64,000 nucleotides of DNA from an uncultured Candidatus Saccharibacteria bacterium (lineage in GTDB: Bacteria > Patescibacteriota > Minisyncoccia > Phycocordibacterales > UBA918). Location: contig CAZXUO010000001.1 of assembly GCA_964643955.1 (NCBI GenBank), positions 171,828 through 235,827 of the forward strand. The letters run 5' to 3'. The notes beneath the pieces were generated by a model. It was not told where the DNA came from, did not search any database, and saw only the letters and a list, made by a program, of their open reading frames with translations. The position numbers and the translations under genes are program-made. Positions 9,801 to 18,903 of the stretch are shown here, in pieces; position 1 is the stretch's first letter, and each line of letters opens with the position of its first letter.

Positions 9801-11030
9801 ATGGAACAGGTAAAATCAGAAGTTGAATCATTCGCACGCATCCGCGTGGTTGGTGTCGGCGGTTCTGGTAACAATGCCGTCAATCACATGATCGCAACAA
9901 AAGTGAGCGGCGTTGAATACATCGCGGTCAACAGCGATGCGCAAGATCTCCACCACTCGCTCGCAAAAAAGAAAATCCATATCGGAAAAAATCTTACCCG
10001 CGGACTTGGTGCTGGCGGCAATCCCGATATGGGACGACGCGCTGCAGATGAGACGCGTGAAGAAATCGCAAACGCGCTCAAAGGTTCTGACATGATTTTC
10101 ATTACCTGCGGCATGGGCGGCGGTACCGGTACTGGTGCAGCTCCTGTTGTTGCAAAGATTGCGCGCGACAGCGGCGCACTCACCGTCGGAGTCGTGACTA
10201 AACCATTCTCCTTTGAAGGACAAGAGCGTATGCGCCTCGCGCTCGCCGGCATCGAACAGCTCAAAGCTGAAGTAGATGCACTCATCACCGTTCCAAACGA
10301 TCGCCTCCTTGCCATCGTCGACAAACAAACGACCGTCCAGAGCGCATTTGCAATGTGTGACGATGTCTTGAAGCAAGCCGTCCAGGGTATCTCTGACCTC
10401 ATCACGATGCCTGGTATCATCAACGTCGACTTTGCCGACATCCGCTCTGTCATGGAAAACGCCGGCTCAGCACTCATGGGCGTCGGTGTTTCCGCAGGCG
10501 ACAAGCGCGCAGAAGAAGCTGCACAAGCTGCGATCAACTCCCCACTTCTTGAAGTATCAATCACTGGCGCAAAGGGCGTACTCTTTGCAATCGCCGGCAA
10601 CGACGACCTCGGCATGCTCGAAATCCAAGACGCTGCCCGCACTATTACTGAGTCGATCGATCCACACGCGAAAGTTATCTTCGGTGCTGTTCGTGACGAA
10701 AAACTCAAGAAAAACGAAGTTAAAGTCACCGTTATTGCAACCGGTTTCCCTGAAGTGGGACCACGCGGCGCGCATCACTCAGTCGTCTCTGCTCCGCACA
10801 TCGAAGAGTCGCCGATCGCTGAAGACGAGCCGGTCCGCGGTCGTATCTTCAATTCCCTTTCACTCCCTCGAAAAGAAGTCCGCGAGCCTGTTGAAGAGCC
10901 TGTCGTAGAAGACAAGCGCCCTCCAGCACCTGCTCCGCAGACCGATTCACGTCCCGTCGATGAGGATGAAGACGATGATGACGACTGGGGCGCCGTTCCT
11001 GCGTTCTTGCGACGATCAAAACTCAAGTAG
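9801..11030 (+). CDS. ftsZ: Cell division protein FtsZ
   Basis: [31 protein letters not shown]-terminal VPAFLRR. Confidence 0.98.
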   Translation: MEQVKSEVESFARIRVVGVGGSGNNAVNHMIATKVSGVEYIAVNSDAQDLHHSLAKKKIHIGKNLTRGLGAGGNPDMGRRAADETREEIANALKGSDMIFITCGMGGGTGTGAAPVVAKIARDSGALTVGVVTKPFSFEGQERMRLALAGIEQLKAEVDALITVPNDRLLAIVDKQTTVQSAFAMCDDVLKQAVQGISDLITMPGIINVDFADIRSVMENAGSALMGVGVSAGDKRAEEAAQAAINSPLLEVSITGAKGVLFAIAGNDDLGMLEIQDAARTITESIDPHAKVIFGAVRDEKLKKNEVKVTVIATGFPEVGPRGAHHSVVSAPHIEESPIAEDEPVRGRIFNSLSLPRKEVREPVEEPVVEDKRPPAPAPQTDSRPVDEDEDDDDDWGAVPAFLRRSKLK

Positions 11031-11133
11031 CATTTCCTGATACGCGTCACTCCTTTTCGTGATTATTCACGAAGTATTTCTTTGATGTGGTATTCTGTAC
11101 GCACATCTTTGTTTTATTTATCGACCTTAATAC

Positions 11134-12066
11134 ATGACTGATATGTTGGATCTTATTATCATCGGCGGTGGTCCTGGTGGCGTTGCAGCAGGCGTATACG
11201 CATCGCGCAAGCAGCTCCAGACCGAATTTATTACGAAAGATTGGGGCGGTCAGAGTACCGTCTCAACCGATATCCAAAACTGGATCGGTACGATCTCAAT
11301 AAGCGGCGATGATTTTGCGAAATCACTGAAAGCGCATCTCGAGGCGTACGCAGGAGAATTTGTAAAAATTACTGAAGGCGTCCTCGCAACTAAAGTCGAA
11401 AAGGCCGCAGACGGTTTTACAGTCACGCTCGACAACGGCCAGACGCGCTCTGCGAAGACCGTCCTCATCACGACTGGCTCAGAGCGTCGCAAGCTCACCG
11501 TCCCGGGCGCGGCAGAATTTGATAACAAAGGTCTCACATATTGCGCATCATGTGACGGCCCACTCTTCTCTGGTATGGATGTCGCTGTGATTGGTGGCGG
11601 CAACGCAGGCTTTGAGACCGCCGCACAGCTCCTCGCATACACCAAGAGCGTCACACTCCTCAATCGCGGCGATGCATTTAAGGCAGATCCTTCGACCGTC
11701 GAGAAAGTTCTCTCGCATCCCAACATGAAAGCACTCATGAATGCAGAGCCAACGGCGATTATCGGAGACAAATTTGTATCAACACTCAAATATAAAGATG
11801 CGAGCACAAACGAAGAGAAAGAGCTCGCTGTAAACGGCATCTTCGTTGAGATTGGTCTCGTACCAAACACTGACTTTGTAAAAGACATTGTCAAAGTCGA
11901 TCAGTACGGCCGTATCGAAATTGATCCGTGGACGCAGCAGACGTCAGTACCCGGCATCTGGGCTGCGGGCGACTGTACCAATATCAAGTACCACCAAAAC
12001 AACATCTCTGCAGGAGATTCGGTGAAGGCACTTGAAGACATTTACGTTCATCTCCACGCAAAATAA
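11134..12066 (+). CDS. trxB: Thioredoxin reductase / AhpF C-terminal-like flavoprotein
   Basis: IIGGGPGG, YCASCDG, VIGGGNAG, TSVPGIWAAGD. Confidence 0.85.
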   Translation: MTDMLDLIIIGGGPGGVAAGVYASRKQLQTEFITKDWGGQSTVSTDIQNWIGTISISGDDFAKSLKAHLEAYAGEFVKITEGVLATKVEKAADGFTVTLDNGQTRSAKTVLITTGSERRKLTVPGAAEFDNKGLTYCASCDGPLFSGMDVAVIGGGNAGFETAAQLLAYTKSVTLLNRGDAFKADPSTVEKVLSHPNMKALMNAEPTAIIGDKFVSTLKYKDASTNEEKELAVNGIFVEIGLVPNTDFVKDIVKVDQYGRIEIDPWTQQTSVPGIWAAGDCTNIKYHQNNISAGDSVKALEDIYVHLHAK

Positions 12067-12080
12067 TTTATTGCACAGGG

Positions 12081-12118
12081 TACACATAAAACCGCTCAAT
12101 TGAGCGGTTTTATGTGTA
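12081..12118. terminator. Perfect 38-bp palindrome, probable terminator
   Basis: TACACATAAAACCGCTCAATTGAGCGGTTTTATGTGTA. Confidence 0.75.
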
Positions 12119-12168
12119 TAACTATGGGGATAACACTGTGGAAAACCACGGGATATTTCTGTGAATTA
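12113..12168 (-). promoter_or_regulatory. Cluster of DnaA-box-like 9-mers
   Basis: TGTGTATAA (12113), TGGGGATAA (12125), TGTGGAAAA (12137), TGTGAATTA (12160), all co-oriented. Confidence 0.5.
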
Positions 12169-12211
12169 TCGAAAAATATGATGCTTTTCAACCCTGCTAT
12201 ACTTTGTGTAC

Positions 12212-13015
12212 ATGAAAATTATCTCGCTTAATACGTGGGGTGGCAGGGGCGGAAAAGAAGGACTCCTCGACTTCTTTAAACATCATCGAGAAGATACTGA
12301 CGTATTTTGTCTGCAAGAAATATGGTCCGCTCCATATAAAGATCATGAGGGTCAGTATGCTGGCGGACGACCGATTGAGCATGCTGAGATACTCATAAAT
12401 GGTGTTCGTGATATTTCAGAAATTCTTTCCGATCACACACCTTTCTTTCACCCTCACTACCTCGACAACTACGGCCTTATGATGCTCGTCAAAAAGGAAT
12501 ACACGATTCGCGAGAGCGGTGACGTATTTGTGTACCACGAGCGCGGCTATATTCCCACGGGAGACGTCGGCAATCATGCGCGCAACATCCAGTATGCCAC
12601 CTGCACCGTGGATGGAAATGACATCACGTTCATCAATTTTCATGGTCTGTGGACCGACAAAGAAGAGGGTCGCGGGAAGCAAGACATTCCCGAGCGTATC
12701 AAACAATCTGAGAACATTCTCGCTTTTACTCGTACACTCAAAAATCCTTTCATACTCTGTGGTGACTTTAATCTCCTTCCGACCACCGAAAGCATCAAAA
12801 AAATTGAAGAAGCGGGTCTAAGAAATCTCATTAAGGAATACAACGTAAGCTCAACGCGCACGAGCCATTACACTAAGCCAGAAAAATTTGCAGACTACGC
12901 ATTTGTTTCTCATGGACTCACCGTCAACGATTTCAAGGTCTTGCCGGATGTTGTCTCAGATCACTCACCGCTCTTCATAGACATCGAATTTCCCAAAGCA
13001 ACTTCCCTTGCGTGA
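12212..13015 (+). CDS. Endonuclease/exonuclease/phosphatase (EEP) family protein
   Basis: MKIISLN, DVFCLQE, ILCGDFN, DYAFVS, SDHSPL. Confidence 0.9.
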   Translation: MKIISLNTWGGRGGKEGLLDFFKHHREDTDVFCLQEIWSAPYKDHEGQYAGGRPIEHAEILINGVRDISEILSDHTPFFHPHYLDNYGLMMLVKKEYTIRESGDVFVYHERGYIPTGDVGNHARNIQYATCTVDGNDITFINFHGLWTDKEEGRGKQDIPERIKQSENILAFTRTLKNPFILCGDFNLLPTTESIKKIEEAGLRNLIKEYNVSSTRTSHYTKPEKFADYAFVSHGLTVNDFKVLPDVVSDHSPLFIDIEFPKATSLA

Positions 13016-13027
13016 TAGAATCGCAGC

Positions 13028-13831
13028 ATGGCATATATTTTCTTTATTCTCCTTTTCGCGCTTTCATATGCGACAGCAACGCCCGGAGATGCGCCATACG
13101 AAGCACCTCGAGAGGAATCCCGAGAGACCGCTTCACAATCTCACCAAGAAGTATCCGTTAACCCAGTTCGTGAAGAACGTGAGGAGGCACCAGTCCCCAC
13201 TGGAGAGGTGTACGCGGTCATCCGCGCAATCGACGGCGACACCATCGAAGTACTCATCAACGGCGAGAAAAAGACGATTCGGTACATTGGCATCAACACA
13301 CCCGAGACCGTACATCCTTCAAAGCCTGCGGAATGTTTTGGAAAAGAAGCATCTGATAGAAATAAGGCGCTCGTTGAAGGGAAAGCTGTCAGACTTGAAA
13401 AAGATGTAAGCGAAACCGACAAGTACGGCCGGCTTTTGCGGTACGTGTATGTCGGCGACATGATGATAAATGAAGCGCTCGTTGAAGGAGGATACGCATT
13501 TGTCTCTACCTATCCACCAGATGTCGCACACACCGAAACATTTCGTGCAGCTGAAGTACGTGCGCGAGAAGCAGCACGCGGGCTATGGGGTGATACTTGT
13601 ATAGACACAACAACATCGAGCGCGCCGGTAAGCGCGCCCGCTTCAGAAGCAACACCTTCTGGTCAATGTACGATCAAAGGAAATATCAATGCCGAAGATG
13701 AAAAAATCTACCACGTCATCGGATGCCAGTCATACACAAAAACAGTGATCGACGAGAGTACCGGAGAGCAATGGTTTTGTACTGAAAAAGAAGCACTCGA
13801 CGCCGGTTGGCGCAAAGCACTTAATTGTTGA
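13028..13831 (+). CDS. Secreted thermonuclease (SNase) with C-terminal Cys-containing CxIKGNI domain
   Basis: IDGDT, IRYIGINTPE, DKYGRLLRYV, RGLWG; CTIKGNIN…WFC…GWRKA. Confidence 0.9.
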   Translation: MAYIFFILLFALSYATATPGDAPYEAPREESRETASQSHQEVSVNPVREEREEAPVPTGEVYAVIRAIDGDTIEVLINGEKKTIRYIGINTPETVHPSKPAECFGKEASDRNKALVEGKAVRLEKDVSETDKYGRLLRYVYVGDMMINEALVEGGYAFVSTYPPDVAHTETFRAAEVRAREAARGLWGDTCIDTTTSSAPVSAPASEATPSGQCTIKGNINAEDEKIYHVIGCQSYTKTVIDESTGEQWFCTEKEALDAGWRKALNC

Positions 13832-13897
13832 TTGACAAGATATAGGCGCTACTCTAATCTACTCCTGTTCTTTACGTTTATCAAAGAGGAGGCCAGT

Positions 13898-14218
13898 GTG
13901 ACCAAACACCATCCCTTCCATGAATCTCTCGTCATGGGAATTCACAACCTGAGACAGGAGCTGCCTCGCGATGTCGAGGAAGCACGCGTCTACAAGAAGC
14001 TTCTGGGGTGCACCGCGATTCCGCCTGAACAATTTCGCGTCGTTCGCACTGCACTGGACGACAAGATCAGGGAGCTCAACACCGACGGTGGATCGTTCGC
14101 AACATCAATGCGGATCGAGTTGGTCGGTGCTCGGGACGCGCTCGAGCTACAGATCGGAGAACACAGAATTCGCTACTCCGCTAGCGATCTTTCATGGAAG
14201 GGTCGTGCTGTATCCTAA
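13898..14218 (+). CDS. Orphan hypothetical protein
   Basis: TTGACA-N17-TAATCT (13832-13860), GAGGAGG SD, GTG start, hairpin at 14239-14272. Confidence 0.6.
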   Translation: MTKHHPFHESLVMGIHNLRQELPRDVEEARVYKKLLGCTAIPPEQFRVVRTALDDKIRELNTDGGSFATSMRIELVGARDALELQIGEHRIRYSASDLSWKGRAVS

Positions 14219-14276
14219 GCTTTTCATTTGATGAACGCAGGCCGTCTCGGAACCACTTTTCCGGGGCGGCCTTTGC

Positions 14277-14996
14277 TTATTCACCTCTCATTTCTTCCAT
14301 CTCCAAAATCTCGTGGATTGAACTATTGCGATGAATGATCTCATCATTTCGTACCATACAGAAAAACTCATACTGATTGCGCGGATAGCGACCATACCAT
14401 TCAAGAAACTCACTACTCACCCGTCGATCCTTTAATTTTTCTTCATGCAACTTGAGAAACTCGCTGTATGAATCAAAGGCATGCTGTTCAAAGATATAAT
14501 TAAGCTCAAACGAATAGCGCGGATTGATGAAGTAAAGGATATACGACCACCAGAAATAAAAGAATGCGAAGAGGAGCGGGATGAAAGTGTGTCGAATGAA
14601 GCCTGCCTTCCCTGCTTCTTTCGCAAGATGCGAGATCACGACGACGTGCATGGTCTCATTGTCTTTTGCAAGTCGTGCAAATCGAGAAAGGTTTGAGAGA
14701 TCAATCGCTTTCTCTTCTTTTGTATAGAAAAACGTAAGGAGCGTAAACATCGCCGACTCCCATGAGTGATATGGGACACGCGCGATCACCTCAATAGCGC
14801 GGAATTTCAGATACGTGGGCGCGTGTCCATACACCACATTCCCTGCAGATACCAAAAACTTCCCGAGCATTCGAGGAACAAACGAAATGTGGTAATTGTC
14901 GTATGGCTCTTTGTATGCACGAAGCGCCTCATCGTCACAGAGCGCAGCCGCAAGCTCTTCAAACGCATCCTGATCTCGTCGATGTTCCATACGCAA
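14277..14996 (-). CDS. Alternative oxidase / PTOX-like ferritin-fold di-iron protein
   Basis: EVIARVP, NETMH, hydrophobic helix, FEQHA..SY, RNDEIIHR (E, ExxH, E, ExxH ligand set). Confidence 0.8.
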   Translation of the reverse strand: MRMEHRRDQDAFEELAAALCDDEALRAYKEPYDNYHISFVPRMLGKFLVSAGNVVYGHAPTYLKFRAIEVIARVPYHSWESAMFTLLTFFYTKEEKAIDLSNLSRFARLAKDNETMHVVVISHLAKEAGKAGFIRHTFIPLLFAFFYFWWSYILYFINPRYSFELNYIFEQHAFDSYSEFLKLHEEKLKDRRVSSEFLEWYGRYPRNQYEFFCMVRNDEIIHRNSSIHEILEMEEMRGE

Positions 14997-15002
14997 AAGA
15001 GA

Positions 15003-15443
15003 CTACGCAGCAGATACTGCGCCACGAGCAGCGTGTACTTTACGCAAATAGATGTGCCCCAAATACGTACCAATAATAAAGACTGGAAGTCCGACGACAC
15101 TAAAGAGATAGTGGTGGCCGATCATGAGATTGTTCATGATGCCAAGGAGCGACAAAATAATACCTACCACAAACGAAAGTCGGTACGCGTGCTCTCGCGC
15201 AAGATATGTGGTTACGCATCCCGCTTTAAATGACCCAAACGCCCATCCCAAAAGAACGAGGATGTACGCAGTCCACGGGAGTGAATTGGTAAACGCCACC
15301 ACTGCATCTCGATCCATCACGTCGAGTCCTTCGGGAATTGGATATAGAAATGAATTTGCGTACTCAAAAACCATCATCACGATAAACGCTGTCAAAAGCC
15401 CGGCTACCACCGGCCACACCTTCCCCGTAAGAAAATTTCTCAT
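15003..15443 (-). CDS. Hypothetical membrane protein (about 4 TM)
   Basis: Hydrophobic helices; co-oriented with the AOX-like gene. Confidence 0.7.
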   Translation of the reverse strand: MRNFLTGKVWPVVAGLLTAFIVMMVFEYANSFLYPIPEGLDVMDRDAVVAFTNSLPWTAYILVLLGWAFGSFKAGCVTTYLAREHAYRLSFVVGIILSLLGIMNNLMIGHHYLFSVVGLPVFIIGTYLGHIYLRKVHAARGAVSAA

Positions 15444-15479
15444 AGCTTTATGATAGCACTTCAAAAGGATACTTTTACC

Positions 15480-15845
15480 TTAAAATTCTGTATATTTTGC
15501 GTTACTACCTTTTGCTTTCTCAATAGGATATTTCTTAGCACTTTTTTCAAGCTTCTTTTCAAATGACTGTGGGAGATTGATCTCCAAATCATGAGCCATA
15601 AGCAATACCCAGTACAAAACATCAGCAAGTTCATCGGCGATATCCTCTCGATGTGTACCAATATGTGCCTGCATCTCCACTTCGGACTTAAACAAAAAGT
15701 GCTCCATAACCTCGGCAGCTTCGAGAGCTAAACCTATAGAAGAGTCTTTTGGGTTATGAAATTTTTTCCAGTCTCTTTCCTCTCTAAACTTCAAAACCAT
15801 CTGTAATAAATCATCGAGTGTTTTGTGTTCTTTTGGTGTACCCAT
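15480..15845 (-). CDS. MazG-like nucleotide pyrophosphohydrolase (dCTP pyrophosphatase type)
   Basis: ERDWKKFHNPKD, EAAEVMEHF, DELADV, KKYP. Confidence 0.9.
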   Translation of the reverse strand: MGTPKEHKTLDDLLQMVLKFREERDWKKFHNPKDSSIGLALEAAEVMEHFLFKSEVEMQAHIGTHREDIADELADVLYWVLLMAHDLEINLPQSFEKKLEKSAKKYPIEKAKGSNAKYTEF

Positions 15846-15859
15846 ATCTTATTTTTATG

Positions 15860-15946
15860 CGGAGGAGGAGGGATTTGAACCCTCGATACGGTTTCCCGTA
15901 TGCCGGTTTTCGAAACCGGTGCCTTCAACCACTCAGCCACTCCTCC
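15860..15946 (-). tRNA. tRNA-Ser(CGA)
   Basis: GGAGGAGTGGCTGAGTGGTTGAAGGC…, anticodon loop TTCGAAA, long variable arm, GGTTCAAATCC. Confidence 0.95.
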
Positions 15947-16023
15947 CTTGGTTTGTAGACCCTAATAACCTAGCATTTTTGCGACTTTTTCGGTAGTATA
16001 GCAAGGTCCGAAAGGACTGTTTT

Positions 16024-16095
16024 GGCCCTATCGTCTAACGGTTAGGACGGAGGCTTTTCAAGCCTTAAATCGGGGTTCGATTCCCCGTAGGGTCA
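16024..16095 (+). tRNA. tRNA-Glu(TTC), CCA not encoded
   Basis: GGCCCTATCGTCTAACGGTTAGGAC…, loop TTTTCAA, GGTTCGATTCC. Confidence 0.95.
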
Positions 16096-16240
16096 TGGGT
16101 TTAGGAAAATAGCTCTCAAACGTTTTGTTTGGGAGCTATTTTCGTAGACCCAACTATGATGCCTGGGAGGCAAATCGAACGGCCGGAGGAGACTTGCTTT
16201 CCGAGGCGGGCTCGCGACCGAGCGAAGCGAGAGTTGTGAG

Positions 16241-16259
16241 TCGATTCCCCGTAGGGTCA
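16241..16259 (+). repeat. 19-bp direct repeat of tRNA-Glu 3' end
   Basis: TCGATTCCCCGTAGGGTCA identical to 16077-16095. Confidence 0.9.
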
Positions 16260-16443
16260 CATGAGACAAACAGACACTCCCTGCGGAGTGTCTGTTTGCG
16301 TATGTGAAGGCGGAGCCATGTCGCTTCGCGACAGGCGAGCCGAGATCGACAAGTACTTAGTTAAAATCTGCCGGAGGACTGATTTTACTTAGTAACTTGT
16401 GACCACAAGGACAGCTGGAGAAAGCTTTTGTTATAATCAATCC

Positions 16444-16974
16444 ATGAACTTTGAAAACCCCTCGGAAAGCATCCGTTTCCCAAAAATTGCACAGGAGCTA
16501 CAAGAGATGGTGACTGTTGATCAAGACATGCGCAAGCGCAGTCTTACTGAAGACTACTGGGACGAAACTGTTGATGCGAGGAACACCGAGCGGATGAAAG
16601 AAATAATCGCAGAGATTGGGTGGCCAACAGCATCAAAAGTCGGACCGCAAGGAGTAAGTGATGCATGGCTCTTAGTGCAGCACGCTGACCATGATGTCGA
16701 TTTTCAGGAACGATGTTTAGAATTGATGAAAAAAGCACCTGCGGGTGAGATCGATATGATTGATGTTGCCTACCTGACAGACCGAATACGTGTAAATCAA
16801 GGCAAAGGACAATTATACGGTACGCAATTCACGCAGGAAGACGGAAAGCACATCCCGCGGACAATCGAAGATGAAGCAAACATAGACGCGCGAAGGGCTG
16901 AAATGGGGATGGGTCCTTTATCGGAACAAGTACAGCTCATGTACGATCGGTACCCATTTGAGAAAGAGGTATGA
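16444..16974 (+). CDS. DUF6624-like protein
   Basis: DQDMR, D.RNTERMKEII…GWP, AWLLVQHAD, AYLTDRI…QLYGTQ, DARRAEMGM. Confidence 0.75.
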   Translation: MNFENPSESIRFPKIAQELQEMVTVDQDMRKRSLTEDYWDETVDARNTERMKEIIAEIGWPTASKVGPQGVSDAWLLVQHADHDVDFQERCLELMKKAPAGEIDMIDVAYLTDRIRVNQGKGQLYGTQFTQEDGKHIPRTIEDEANIDARRAEMGMGPLSEQVQLMYDRYPFEKEV

Positions 16975-17031
16975 TCCGTCGCTACGTGAGCCGCGAAACC
17001 AAATGGGCGTCTCCGTAGTTTCTATCGGTGT

Positions 17032-17586
17032 ATGCTAAAAAATAACTTTGTTCGAATCGCCATCGGAACGGTGCTTTTATTACTTATTCCCCTCGTACTC
17101 ACTCTCACCGGCAGCGGTGTAGACGGGATCGGCTGGCACTGGACCCTCATGGACTTTGTTTTTATGTTCGTGCTCATTTTCGGCACCGGATCGCTCTTTG
17201 AGCTTGCACGGACGCACTACACGGGAAACAGCACCTACACCATCGCCGCCGGCCTCGCGCTCGCAGACACCTTCCTACTCGTGTGGATCAATGCCGCAGT
17301 CGGCATCATTGGTGACAGTGACATTAATGCTCTCTATTGGCTTGTCGTAATTACGCTTTTTCTCGGAGGCGCTGCATCGCGCTTCAAGCCACAAGGCCTC
17401 TCCCTAACCCTCTTCGCTGCAGCGGGGGTACAAATGCTCATTCCCGTCATCGCATTCATCATCAACCAACCCGATTTCTCACCGGGAGTTGTACACGTAT
17501 TCATGATCAATGCGACCTTTGCTGCAGTCTTCATTGCGTCAGGACTTCTCTTTCGAGCACGTGCACAGGCACCGAAGATCGCATAG
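17032..17586 (+). CDS. Hypothetical multi-pass membrane protein
   Basis: About 6 hydrophobic segments; WTLMDF and FLLVWINAAVGIIG motifs. Confidence 0.75.
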   Translation: MLKNNFVRIAIGTVLLLLIPLVLTLTGSGVDGIGWHWTLMDFVFMFVLIFGTGSLFELARTHYTGNSTYTIAAGLALADTFLLVWINAAVGIIGDSDINALYWLVVITLFLGGAASRFKPQGLSLTLFAAAGVQMLIPVIAFIINQPDFSPGVVHVFMINATFAAVFIASGLLFRARAQAPKIA

Positions 17587-17631
17587 CAAATAGAATGTCG
17601 GCTCCACACCGATGCGCTACACTAGGGAGGT

Positions 17632-18135
17632 ATGGGAAAAATCATCGTTGTCCGCGACAGCATCCAAAAGGGATATCAGTACGAGCTTGCGGAGCCTATA
17701 GGAAAGCATTTTGATCCCAGCTTCAAGCCACAGCTTACTCCGAAAGAAATGCTCAAACTCGGTGTCTTCGATGGCCTCTACCTCAACGACTGCACCGACG
17801 AGTTTCCTGAAGACTGGTTTACCCACGCAAAACTTGCTGACGGAAAACCAGATCCCTCGCTCAACTATTTCGGCATCCACGCATCCCAACCGCTTTCCGT
17901 ATGGCAGAAAAATGGATGGATTCATCGCGATGATCCCCGCGGGTGGTTTCAGTGGTATTGCCGATATTATCTAGGGCGAAGACACAGCGATGATGAGCGA
18001 CAAATAAAACGCTGGCGCGCAATCCATCGCCACATCGCACAGATCATCAACAACTGCATGAAAGCGGATCTCACCTGTCGACCGCGCCAGCGACAAGCGG
18101 TCTTGCACTGGGCGTACGATAGTCGGAAGTTCTAG
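17632..18135 (+). CDS. Conserved protein of unknown function
   Basis: F.PQLTPKEML.LGVF.G.Y, DPRGWFQWYCRYYLGRR, DERQIKRW, RQAVLHWAYD. Confidence 0.75.
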   Translation: MGKIIVVRDSIQKGYQYELAEPIGKHFDPSFKPQLTPKEMLKLGVFDGLYLNDCTDEFPEDWFTHAKLADGKPDPSLNYFGIHASQPLSVWQKNGWIHRDDPRGWFQWYCRYYLGRRHSDDERQIKRWRAIHRHIAQIINNCMKADLTCRPRQRQAVLHWAYDSRKF

Positions 18136-18185
18136 CTCCACAGCCTCCCCTTTTATCACGCGCGTGAGTGATATGATGTACGCAT

Positions 18186-18845
18186 ATGCCAATAGCAGCA
18201 GATGAACAAAAAAACGTAGCGACGAGTAGCACACCAAATGGTGCGCCCATGAAAAGTATATTATTCGGTGTAATAGGTGTCCTCATCCTCGCAGGTATTG
18301 CGTTCTATTTTACAAGCATGAAAAATGACGGATCACCACTCATGCCAGGTGGCGGCTCCGAGGTCGTAGACGAAAATCAGAATGATCACATCATACTCGG
18401 ACAAACATTTGAAGGTCCCGTCGCGACAGTTGCGAAAGCCGAATTTCCCCGACCCGGCTTCGTCGTCATTTATCGACTCGACAATGACGGCGTCATCTAC
18501 CTCTCAGGCCGCTCGGACCTCCTCGATGTAGGTACTCACCAAAACATCATCATCCCGCTCAACCAGCCACTCACTGACGGCGAGTCAGTCGGCGCAGTAC
18601 CACACCTTGACGATGGTAATAGTGAATTTGAATTTCCCGGCAATGATCGTCCCGCTGCGATCGATGGCGCTGATATCTATGACATCAGTATCGTGAATGC
18701 CGCAGACGACATGGGCGATATGACCTTTGCGATGACACTCGAAGCATTCCTCGCTACCGGCGCACCGATCGATACCTCAATACAAGAAAATATGACCGCA
18801 GAAGAAGGAACTGAAGTCGACATGAGTAATGACATGATTGAGTAA
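18186..18845 (+). CDS. Membrane-anchored protein with DUF7282-like beta-sandwich domain
   Basis: N-terminal TM; PGFVVIY…GRSDLL..G.H, PHLDDGN.EFEF. Confidence 0.6.
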   Translation: MPIAADEQKNVATSSTPNGAPMKSILFGVIGVLILAGIAFYFTSMKNDGSPLMPGGGSEVVDENQNDHIILGQTFEGPVATVAKAEFPRPGFVVIYRLDNDGVIYLSGRSDLLDVGTHQNIIIPLNQPLTDGESVGAVPHLDDGNSEFEFPGNDRPAAIDGADIYDISIVNAADDMGDMTFAMTLEAFLATGAPIDTSIQENMTAEEGTEVDMSNDMIE

Positions 18846-18857
18846 TACTGAATACAA

Positions 18858-18896
18858 AAAGAAAAAGCGCCGGCCTCTGGCCGGCGCTTTTTCTTT
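18858..18896. terminator. Bidirectional terminator
   Basis: AAAGAAAAAGCGCCGGCC-TCT-GGCCGGCGCTTTTTCTTT. Confidence 0.85.
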
Positions 18897-18903
18897 CCCC
18901 TCT

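Noticed and set aside
9884-10729. 281-aa - strand ORF (and similar ones such as 35776-36567 and 49296-49931)
   Set aside because: Antisense to well-supported genes; explained by codon bias
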